Shown here: positions 25,586 to 47,677 of the stretch, one piece after another
Numbering within the stretch: the stretch's first letter is position 1
Layout of the letters: each line of letters begins with the position of its first letter
NCBI GenBank assembly: GCA_002269645.1
Contig: NIVC01000093.1
Coordinates: 806,001-870,000, forward strand
Length of the DNA: 64,000 nucleotides
Source of the DNA: Macrostomum lignano
Taxonomy: Eukaryota
Direction: 5' to 3'
The notes under the pieces: generated by a model
The model's input: the letters and a program-made list of their open reading frames with translations, nothing else
Told to the model about the DNA's origin: nothing
The model's database searches: none
Translations under genes and position numbers: made by a program

Positions 25586-28500
25586 CTCTGTCCTGTCATT
25601 CCACAAAAAAATATTATGAACATTGCTATACTGTACATTGATCCTTTAGTCCTTTTATATCTTTTCAATACCTGATTTTGTCGTCTACACAGTATTTAAT
25701 AAGTTGAAATAAATTCTGTTCGATAGTGCCTGAAGATGGCTAGTTTTAGCCGAAACGCGTCGCAAATAATATTGAGTTTTGTCTTACTATTATCTGTTAA
25801 GAGTGCTTCTCTACCGCAAGTTTATGTAAGCACTTTGTGTTTCGTCTCTTTTTTTACTGCTACTCTACTATCAGTAGTGCGCTTTAGCCAAAAAATATTA
25901 CTTATCGCAGTTACATGTACTGTCTGTCAGGTGGCTATGCGGAACTACGGCGCCGTATTGATGCGCGTTCGCTGCGCGCCGGAGCTTGGCGCTCGCACCC
26001 TACTCGCCTTCGTGGCCGCCTGCGCCGCCCGCTGCAACAAAGCAATCCGGCCTGTCTATTGTTTAAGTGCGCCTCGGTTTCTGCTGGCCTGCGTCCGGGT
26101 TGAACGCGGCGCCAGGCGCGCCGACGACTGTCTGGCGCGTTCAGTTGGGCGCCTGGCGCACTGCCGGGTCTGCCAGCAGCAGCGGCCGGCTACGAGCGGC
26201 AGCATCGGCGGCGACAACGCTGGTTGCGGCTGCGGCGATGACGCTGAAGGCGGAGGCGCTGTCGCTGTACTGGGGCCGGTGTGGTGAGGGTTTGGTGGGA
26301 GATATTTTATCCATCTCAAGGGGTGAGATTTCAGAGACTTTGCTATCAATCTCAGGGGGTGAGATTCCAGAGACTCCTATCAATCTCAAGGGTGAGATTC
26401 CAGAGACTTCTTATCAATCTCAGGGGGTGAGATTCCAGAGACTTCTTATCAATCTCAGGGGGTGAGATTCCAGAGACTTCTTATCAATCTCAGGGGTGAG
26501 ATTCCAGAGACTTTGCTATTAATCTAAAGGGGTGAGATTCCAGAGACTTTGCTATCAATCTCAAGGGGTGAGATTCCAGAGACATTGCTATCAATCTCAG
26601 AGGGTGAGATTCCAGAGACTTTGCTAGCAATCTCAAGGGTGAGATTTCAGAGACATTGCTATCAATCTCAGAGGGTAAGATTCCAGAGACTTCTTATCAA
26701 TCTCAGGGGGTGAGATTCCAGACTTTACTATCAATCTTAAGGGATGAGATTCCAGAGACTTTGCCATCAATCTCAAGGGGTGAAATTACAGGCTTTGCTA
26801 TCAATCTCAAGGGGTGAGATTCCAGAGACTCCTATCAATTTCAAGGGGTGCGATTACAGACTTTGCTATCAATTTCAAGGGGTGAGATTCCAGAGACTTT
26901 GCTATCAATCTCAAGGGGTGAGATTCCAGAGACTCCTATTATTCTCAAGGGGTGAGATTCCAGAGACTCCTATCAATTTCAAGGGGTGCGATTACAGCCT
27001 GTGCTATTAATTTCAAGGGGTGAGATTCCAGAGACTTTGTTATCAATCTCAAGGGGTGAGATTCCAGAGACATTGCTATCATCTCAGAGGGTGAGATCCA
27101 GAGACTTCTTATCAATCTCAGGGGGTGAGATTCCAGACTTTACTATCAATCTTAAGGGATGAGATTCCAGAGAATTTGCCATCAATCTCAAGGGGTGAAA
27201 TTACAGGCTTTGCTATCAATCTCAAGGGGTGAGATTCCAGAGACTTTGCTATCAATCTCAAGGGGTGAGATTCCAGGGACTTTGCTATCAATCTTAAGGG
27301 GTGAGATTCCAGAGACTTTGCTATCAATCTCAAGGGGTGAGATTCCAGAGACTTTGCTATCAATCTCAAGGGGTGAGATTCCAGAGACTTTGCTATTAAT
27401 CTCAATGGGTGAGATTCCAGAGGCTTTTGTCAATATTAATGTAAGTGGCGGGATATATCAAGTCAATCAAAGCACCTGTCGCCCTGCATTTGCCCAATAG
27501 GCTGGGAGATCTATTCGAGTCTGACTTCATCAATCGGATGGCTCGCCATCTGTTGGGCTCTGCCGAGTCTGACTCCCTGCTCGCGTCCGAGGATAAAATT
27601 CTGCTCAAAATGCTGCTAGAAGAGTCCCAGTGTCTCAGCCGATCAACTGACTCGTTGGAAGTCTCAATGCCCCCATTTCAGCCGATGTTTTACATTAGCC
27701 CGAAATGGCTGAGGCTGTCCGGTGTTGATCTGCCAAGGTGAGGCATGCTGTTAGATTCCAGATAGGGAAGTAGGTAAAGTAGACAGATTCCAGTCAGAGA
27801 AGTAGATAAAGTAGACAGATTCCAGATAGGAAAGTAGATAAGGTAGACAGATTCCAGCTAGATAGAGAAGTAGATAAGGTAGATAGATTTCAGTTAGAGA
27901 AGTAGATAAAGTAGAGAGATTCCAGTTAGAGAAGTAGATAAAGTAGACAGATTCCAGTTAGAGAAGTAGATAAAGTAGAGAGATTCCAGATAGGGAAGTA
28001 GGTAAAGTAGACAGATTCCAGTCAGAGAAGTAGATAAAGTAGACAGATTCCAGATAGGAAAGTAGATAAGGTAGACAGATTCCAGCTAGATAGAGAAGTA
28101 GATAAGGTAGATAGATTTCAGTTAGAGAAGTAGATAAAGTAGACAGATTCCAGATAGGAAAGTAGATAAGGTAGACAGATTCCAGCTAGATAGAGAAGTA
28201 GATAAGGTAGATAGATTTCAGTTAGAGAAGTAGATAAAGTAGACAGATTCCAGATAGGAAAGTAGATAAGGTAGACAGATTCCAGCTAGATAGAGAAGTA
28301 GATAAGGTAGATAGATTCTAGTTAAGTAATGGCACCCACTCAGCACATAAATGAGAACATTGGCATTATAATTAAACGTATTATTTATTATCCCTCAGAC
28401 TGGAACAGCTGATAGAAATTCTCCGCAGCAGCGGGCACGCCGCATCCAGAACTCATTTCGATCTCACCGCGGTTCGCACGAGCGCCAGCATTCAAGCTTG

Positions 28501-28594
28501 CAGAGATCTAATATTGCAGCACTCAACCGCTGCTATCCTGAATCATAATAATACTACTGACGCGGCTAGCTTAACTAGTAGTATGGACAGTTAA
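21651..28594 (+). CDS. TRMT1L: TRMT1-like tRNA (guanine-N2,N2)-dimethyltransferase family protein (470 aa, 6 exons)
   Basis: Exons 21651-21929 (GC donor), 22648-22818, 23755-23931, 25931-26283, 27501-27737 and 28399-28594; phases 0,0,0,2,2 give one open frame. Motifs FFNPKMRCNR, CLDGFSASGAMALQW, FDFIHLDPFGS, LLSVTCTDLASL, HCRVC, LGPVW and SRTHFDLTAVRT match my recollection of the TRMT1L branch of Trm1. Confidence 0.88.
22001..22530 (+). repeat. 23-bp AT-rich minisatellite (ATCGATATCAAACTCCTATAATT), TRMT1L intron 1
   Basis: Direct reading. Confidence 0.92.
22935..23635 (+). repeat. 21-bp minisatellite (AATTATCGATACACCAATCTC), degenerating 3', TRMT1L intron 2
   Basis: Direct reading. Confidence 0.9.
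24502..24672. mobile_element. Palindromic MITE copy 2 (opposite orientation to copy 1)
   Basis: Same fold-back element with the central GTCACGTGAC. Confidence 0.85.
24903..24940 (-). ncRNA. Minimal type I hammerhead ribozyme motif (antisense copy)
   Basis: Exact reverse complement of 25727-25764. Confidence 0.7.
25727..25764 (+). ncRNA. Minimal type I hammerhead ribozyme motif (sense to TRMT1L)
   Basis: TGC-CTGAAGA-T-GGCTA-GTTT-TAGCC-GAAA-CGCGTC-GCA. It has a CUGANGA core, a 5-bp stem II, GAAA, a palindromic ACGCGT minimal stem III, a GUC cleavage triplet (after 25761) and a 3-bp stem I. Confidence 0.72.
26310..27425 (+). repeat. ~36-bp minisatellite (GGGGTGAGATTCCAGAGACTTTGCTATCAATCTCAA), TRMT1L intron 4
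   Basis: Direct reading. Confidence 0.95.
27752..28325 (+). repeat. ~32-bp purine-rich minisatellite (GATTCCAGTTAGAGAAGTAGATAAAGTAGACA), TRMT1L intron 5
   Basis: Direct reading. Confidence 0.92.
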
Positions 28595-29247
28595 TTAATT
28601 GTAATTTTTTACTGCATTCTGTCAAGTGTCAATTGAGTCAATTGAAAACTAAATAAAACAAAATTAACTTTGCGAAGTTTGTTATTTCACTTTGAAATAA
28701 ATGAATTTAAGTAAAAAAAAATATTAAATAACAATTTCTTATTTAAAAACGAAAGCAGAGAGGCGTTTCTCGGATTTAGGCAGTATGAGCAAACGTGGCA
28801 AAACTGAATATTATTATTATATATTATTATTGTTATTTTAGAAATAACAATAAAAATAATAAACAAAATGCAAGCTATATGTACTCTATCAAAGTGGATC
28901 TGAAGGATCGGTTTGTTAGAAATATGGCTCTGCATAAATAAAAATATTATAAATGACTTAATATGATTAAAGTACAAATGACCTTTACAGAAGCGCGTAT
29001 TAGATGCGTGCATAGGTAATCATTTTGCTATTGGAGTTGAAAACGAAAAAAAAAGCAATATATGCTTAAGTATTTTTGCGTCTACTTTAAGTAGAAACAC
29101 AACTACACGTATATGATTGATATTTTATTTCGGCTGATCTTAAAAGAGTAGATGCATACAGTTTCAAAAACTTAGTGCGACTTTTCTAGGTAATCAGTTT
29201 AAGAGTTCAACTTTTGGTTGGGCGGCCTTCTAGCATTCTTAGACGGA

Positions 29248-40846
<11,599 letters not shown>

Positions 40847-40992
40847 CTATTGCCTTATTGGTCACAATAACAAGCTTACGTACAAAAACTGATAGACTTT
40901 TTAGTGACGATTAAGATTTAAAAAATCACACGGTACTAATTCTTCTTTAATGCCTTGAGGTGTTGCATTTTAAATACGTAGGATTCGAGGAA

Positions 40993-41012
40993 AGAAATTT
41001 CTCGAACATTCT
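40993..41012. promoter_or_regulatory. Perfect four-unit heat shock element in the Hsp110/SRSF1 divergent promoter
   Basis: aGAAatTTCtcGAAcaTTCt, ~150 bp upstream of the Hsp110 ATG. A two-unit gTTCtaGAAc lies at 41194-41203. Confidence 0.8.
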
Positions 41013-41488
41013 AAATACATGACTGCGTAATAAACGATAAAGTTTACAGTTTAGTATTTACACAATTATTGCAGACGTGCGCAGTAAAATTTTCTTTATA
41101 AAAAACTGCGTAAAGTTACTTTCATGAATATTTTTACTGAAAAGTGATAATACAGTCCATAAAATTGAGTCCTATCCGGATTCAATAAAGTAAGTTCTAG
41201 AACAATATTTTTAAAGTGCAAGTAAGCTAGTATCAGCTATAGATTTTGTGTTATTTTTTTAATTGTTTACTTTGCTTTTTAGAAACACAAATAAATTCTC
41301 TATAGTTTTGCTTTTGTTAGTTTGAAAAATTTTTTTTAAATAAATTTAAATTTTGCTTTTGTAAGGAATTGAAAATAATCCTCGTATTCCGTATCGACGT
41401 TTAACTGTTTCATTCTATTCAAGTATTGGTTTTTGGAAAGTGGAATAAGGTTTTATTGTTTGAATACCGCTAATCAAATCGCTGAAGC

Positions 41489-44400
41489 ATGAAGAAGATT
41501 TACGTTGGTAATCTGCCTCCTTCAATTCGCTCACAAGAAGTTAAGGATGTTTTCAAAAAGTATGGTCATATTGCCAACCTTGATCTAAAAAATAGCCGCG
41601 GTCCACCGTTTGCATTCATTGAGTACGAAGATGATCGGTATGTTTTAAGCCTAGGCAGTTTAAAATATGCTTTACTTTTAATGGTTTGTTTCAGTCCCTA
41701 AATAATAAAATCTCAGATTTTACAGGTTTAATAAATTAGGCTCAAATTAGGTGTGTAGGCCCTAGTTTAGGCCCTAACTCTAAAGCCTTTGGATAAACTA
41801 AGCACTTCAGTTAGATCATAAACAAGCAGCCCAAAAACGAAAAGGTACAAAAATGTGGTATAGGCTACGTTGAACTTAAAAAACAGTAACATAAGTAAAG
41901 TAAATATTTATTGGCCTTTTATGCAAAAAATGCTAGTTGTGGTGTTGATTCAGATCAACAGCTTCTTAGTATCCTCAATTCAAATTCCTTTCCAAAAAGC
42001 TATAATATAAGTATTATTCATGTACAGCATATATATATATGTAGAAGATATGGCAGCTATCTCATCAGTGTGCTGTGTAGATAAGCAGAAAATTATTCCC
42101 ATGCCACAGTTTGGATTGTGTAGTAGTGTATGCCAGAACAAGAATCTTATCTCAGCTAAATGTACGCCAGTGTACGCTAAAACAAAAAAATTCCCTAAAA
42201 TGTACGCCAAAAATTCCTCCTAAAAAAGGTCATTTGGTTTTCATGAGTAGAGTTTTCTAAGACAGGCTTTCGTACAAAAGAGATTCTTTCAAATATTACA
42301 AATATTTTCATTTTAAACAAACTTAACTTAAACCTACAAAAAATGCAAAATTTACATTCTTAGCAATAATTTACACAAGTTTTATTCATTGTTAATTTTT
42401 AAAAAGCAAAAAGTTTTATTACTGACTTTCTAGACTATACAAATTTTCCTTCATTTTATGTAAAAACTAAAAAGGGTTAATTTACATTATAATTTTTATA
42501 CATAGCATGAATTTATTCACCAAAATTGGTATGCCAAAAATTTCTCAAGCTCAAAGTGGTAGGCTTACGCCAAAGTGGTATGCCAAAAAAGCCAAACTTT
42601 TCAATGGTACGCCAGAAAATTCTGGCTTATATGTAACCTTCCTGAGTGTGATTCCCATGGTATCGTTGGAAAAAGACAGAAATTATTCCTACAGTACTGT
42701 GGGGATAAGCACTGCCAACTCTTAAATCTAATATATTAAAAATATTCCTAAAAAATAGTGTATAAACAACTTACAGCTTCTACGCATAATTTTTTTCTTT
42801 TACATTGGTATAAAAATAAAATTGAAAAAATAAGAAGTTTTTTTCTGATATAGGCCTGCCATGATCTAGACTATTACCTGTATTAAGGGAACAAGTGTAA
42901 AGGAATACAATGCTAAGTGTTTAAGAAAAAAGATGCACTCAAAAAATTTATGGATGTTTTTTTACAAATTAAAGGTTGTAGTTTTAACAAAAGTGCACAA
43001 AATTTACATTTGTTTTTTAAATAGGCCTATAGGTTTGAATTTTATTTCAAATTTCAGTTTTTACTTAGCTTTGTCTTATTTGAATAATCTCTCAAAATCC
43101 CAATCAAATATCATTGAATTTCATAAAAAAATAATCAAATCTTAAAAATCTTGAAAATTTCTCAAGACTTTAGTTAGCAAGTTTGCTAACTAGGTTAGCA
43201 AGTTTGCTAACTAGGTTAGCAAGATATTGTAATAATAACCCTAATATTGTCCCTAACCCTAATATTGTCTATACATATATTTTTAGGCACAAAATATATA
43301 TATTGTAGCAGACAAAATGCTACATTGCATTTTTGTAGACAAAAGACAATTTTATATAGATTGTTTTAACTAAGGAATTTTTGGCATATAGATATATATT
43401 AAAAAATATACATGTATATATGTATCTTATAACACATTATACTAAAGATACTAGCCAGATTATGAATATAATTTCCCAACAAAAGATCCAATTTTATATA
43501 TGGCAATCATATTCAACTGCAAACTCTACCTTTGATATTTGTAAATTGTAATAAAAAAATTAGGTCTATATATTAAAAAGGCATATCATTATAGTTTATA
43601 TAACTCACTATATTAAAAGCCAACATTTTATTAAGCTTAAAAAGCTTACAAAGCTTAATAAGTTTTGTACCTGCTATTTTTTTTAAAAGTCAACTATTAG
43701 AAAACAATAAATGATAGATGAAATGATCATACACCTTCACAAAGCAAGCAATAGATGTTGCAGACCTCTTTTTTGTACTATGGCAAAAGTATTAGTATAA
43801 AGATAATCACAATCTGTTTGCTATTATAATCAGTTTATATACAGGGTTGACTAGATTAAGCATATCACCATATCCTAACATACCCTTGCAAAATGTCTTA
43901 TAATAAGCATAAATCTATGGTTATGATAATTTCTATGTTTCAAAGGCTTGATTCGGTTTCTAAGCAATATTGCATGGCTTTTTCCCTAGTTAAGCTAAAC
44001 TAGCAATAAAATGAATGCTATTTGATCAAACTTTTGAAATGATTTTTCAAATGCTTTATAGTCTCAATTGGAAGAAATTTTCAGTCAAATCTCTATTAGA
44101 AATTGCAATATTAATTAGCAATGCTATGTAGCTCAAAACTGCAATTTTTTTCTCTATCAACTTTGCCTATAGAAAGCAGAAAGTGGGGCCCTAATTAGAA
44201 GTAGCTGAGTGTAATAGCAAAAGTTAAAAGCTTGCACGTTCAAAACTTTTTCATTTTGCTATAGACAAAAATTTTAAATTTTATTTTTCACTTTCATTTG
44301 GGATTACACAGTTAAATGCAGTTATACAAAGCTTCAAATAAAGTTGTTAGTTGCCTGTATGTATAAAACTGTTGGGTAGAAATTAGTTTACAATAATAAT

Positions 44401-46456
44401 AATATTAATAATAAAATAATTGATAATTATATCAATTAATGACTATGCAATGGTGTTTGTATCAAATTCTTTTTGAAATATAAAGGATAAAGAACTATGG
44501 TTCCAGACTATTAAAACCAATTTTACTTTTCTATCATATTGGACACTTAGTATGCATCTATTTAGTATATAGGATATCAAAGCATGCTTGGGCATAACCT
44601 TGGGATTCACTCGGCTGTTTCTATTGGCAACACACACATGTAAGTTGCTATTGGGCAGAATAGTAGTCTTGACTACTCTCAGCCAATAGCAACTTACATG
44701 TATGTGTTGCCAATAGAAATGGCCAGGTAATTCCCAAGGTTGCGCATGTATGTATTAAAGTTTCAGCAAAATTGGAAAATCAGAAATTTCATTCACCTAA
44801 CTTAATAGTCTAAAAAAGTGGCTAATACTATTTATCTTAACTTTAGCTCCTATTACCCCAACTATATAGTGTGCATATGGCAAATAATCCTTGTTGCTTG
44901 AGTCACTGACCCTAGAAACTTAAAAGCTTGTATGTTACAAAGCATTGCCTATCATTTCACTATAATGGCTGATAAAAAAAGTTAAATAGATTCATGTTAC
45001 TAAAATATCTTGTCACTTTTTCATCTTTAAAAAAACTCAAACAAGGTAAAATCACTTAGAAGACTTTTTCTTCTAAAAAGAAGACTTATGAAGACTTGTG
45101 CTCAGAGGTAAAACAAAAGAACACAGATTAACAATCAGCATTGTGTGTTTTTGGAAGCATTAGAATGATTAGTGCCAGTTGACATTCCCAAGTAGATAAT
45201 CACACTTGTGCCAGGTTGTTTGACTTTGTTCTACACATAATTAATGGCCTACTAAATTGATATAATAGTAGATGAACTTTAACGACAAAAATATAGTGTT
45301 TAATCTGATTTACTTGTTTTAACAATTCAACTCAAACTTAGCGACGCCGAAGACGCTGTCAGAGGCCGTGACGGCTATAACCTAGACGGCTACAGTATCC
45401 GGGTTGAATTCCCGCGTCATGGCGAGGGTTTTAAACCACGCGGCGGTGGCGGTGGCGGCGGATTTGGCGGCGCCCGTGGCGGTGGAGCCCGCGGCGGCGG
45501 CCCATCGTCGAGGCGCGGCGAGTTCAGGGTGACGGTGAGCGGCCTGCCGGCTGGAGCATCCTGGCAGGATCTCAAAGATCACATGCGCTCTGCTGGCGAT
45601 GTTGGATTTGCTGACGTGCGTAACGGCATTGGCTTTGTGGAATTTATGCGCTACGAGGATATGAAAGCGGCTATACGCAAGCTTGACGATTCTAAGCTGC
45701 GCTCGCATCAGGTAAAGGCATTTTTTATTTTATTGATTTTCAATTTGTTCATTTCCTGACTATTTGGGATTTAGGGATCTTCGGGGAACAATTTAGGATC
45801 TTCAAGTGGCTAACTTTATGGCGAATATTTGGGATCTTTAAGGAACTGTTTGGGATCTTCAGGGGACTATTTGAGACCATTAGAATCATTTGGAATTTTC
45901 AAGGGACTATTTGGGATCTTCAGGGGACTATTTGGGATCTTCAGGGGACTATTTGGGACCTTCAACGGACTACTTGGGATTTTCAGGGGGCTATTTAAGA
46001 TCTTAAGAGGACTATCTGAGAACTTCAAGGAACTATTTGGAATCTTTAGGATCTTCATGCAAATATTTGGGATCTTCAGAGGACTATTTGGGATCTTCAG
46101 GGGACTATTTGGGATCTTTAAGGGACTTTTTGAACTAAAATTGTTTTTTTCTTAGTAAAGACAAGCTATGATATTTTTTAAATAGAAAAAATATTTTATA
46201 TTATTGCGCAACTTTTAATTTTAAAAAACACGCCCAGGGCGAATCCGGCTACATCCGGGTCAAAGAGGATCGTCCCGGCGGCGGAGGCGCCGGTCGATCG
46301 CCTTCGCGTTCGGCTTCTCGGTCCCGATCGAGGTCCCGATCGAGGTCCCGCTCAAGGTCCCGGTCGCCTCCGCCGCGTCGCCGGGCCTCGCCAACTTATT
46401 CGCCGATGCGCGACGGGCAGTCGCGGTCGCGTTCTCGCAGTCGCAGCCGTTCTTAG
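41489..46456 (+). CDS. SRSF1: Serine/arginine-rich splicing factor 1 (ASF/SF2)-like, 245 aa, 3 coding exons
   Basis: Exons 41489-41637, 45342-45711 and 46238-46456 (phases 2,0). RRM1 IYVGNLP...[24 protein letters not shown], Gly-rich linker, pseudo-RRM with [10 protein letters not shown], and an RS tail. Confidence 0.96.
44582..44750. mobile_element. Palindromic MITE copy 4 (CpG-decayed, central E-box destroyed)
   Basis: Same element; the centre reads GTCTTGAC. Confidence 0.8.
45770..46130 (+). repeat. 21-bp minisatellite (GGGACTATTTGGGATCTTCAG), SRSF1 intron 2
   Basis: Direct reading. Confidence 0.9.
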
Positions 46457-47064
46457 AGCTGTCGAGTGCTGCTGTGCTATTTAACAACTTGAACTTTTTT
46501 TGTCGGGCGATCTCTGTTGGTTAGCGTGTGTTTTTCTGCAGGTAGGTTTTTTATTCTGAATGTTTTTAGTGCTGGTTTGCTGTGTTGTCTGTTTCTAATA
46601 ATCCTTTTTTATGTTTTCTTTGTTGTAGTATCAATTATATTAATTTTCATACTGGGCAGAGGGGGGAGTAAGTTATAAATTACGTTATTAAAATAGTCGA
46701 ATGTTGTTCTGTACCAATACTGTAACCGCACGTTCAATAACTATTTATTATTATTCATAAAAATCCTTTAAACAGCACGTTTAATATCCACTCCCTCTGT
46801 TGTTGTAATCCTTGCTATTTTCAATATCTCAAAAATGTTTGTTATCAAAACTTTTTTCGTCAGTTTTCTCTTTTTCTCTTACAAATTTAAGATGATGGCC
46901 CGTCACTCTCTGTGATCAAATTGGGATGTGGATGCTGGAGACCCCCCACGGAGCGATGGAGCTTGGAAGGAATCGTTGGATTTTGCCTAGAAACTAAAAG
47001 CCTGGCCCTCCAGAGTCCTGGGAGTCCGAGCTTTCCGCTTTCAAGGAATCGCTTTGTTGACCAT

Positions 47065-47260
47065 TGAGGACAGAGCACTGTGGACAAGGAGACAGGACAA
47101 GCTCTTTGAGGACAGATCACTGTGGACAAGGAGACGGGACAAGCTCTTTGAGGACAGATCACTGTGGACAAGGAGACAGGACAAATCACTGTGGACAGGA
47201 ACACATAGGACAAGGTCCTTTAGGACCGATCACTGTGGTCAAGGACACTGAGGACAAGAC
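47065..47260 (+). repeat. ~42-bp tandem repeat downstream of SRSF1
   Basis: GAGGACAGATCACTGTGGACAAGGAGACAGGACAAGCTCTTT units. Confidence 0.85.
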
Positions 47261-47677
47261 ATTGTGTGCAAGAGGAAATTCATCTTTATCCGGTGAGTTT
47301 TCATAAAAATTTGTACCCAAATATTCGCCACAATTTATTTATTATTCTCTTCTGTTTCTAAACTGACTGGTTTTCTTTTAGTGGTAACTAACGTTTTTGA
47401 CTTTTAAACAGTTTTAATTTGTACTACGATGAAAATAACAATAAATATGTAAAACGCTACCAACAATTACAGTTAATACGACTCCCTGTCAGTTATGCGG
47501 CATAGATAATTGGTTACAGATTGTTTATTGTCGTTTATTGTTAATTTCTTAATTATTAATTCATAGTGGTATACGATCTGTAAGAATAAATATTAATAAC
47601 TAAACAGTCATTTCGGTTTAGATTATTGATTAAGCTCTAGAGCTTTTTGAAAACTTGAATAGCTGGCCTTCGTAAGT

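Larger units (their letters stand above)
24880..25787. mobile_element. Penelope-like retroelement remnant as an inverted duplication (arms 24880-25264 and 25381-25787)
   Basis: The + arm encodes HKLNILEALHIKLHKPILNVQ...*, resembling a GIY-YIG endonuclease C-terminus. It is followed by (CT)n and a hammerhead motif, and the left arm is its reverse complement. Confidence 0.75.
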
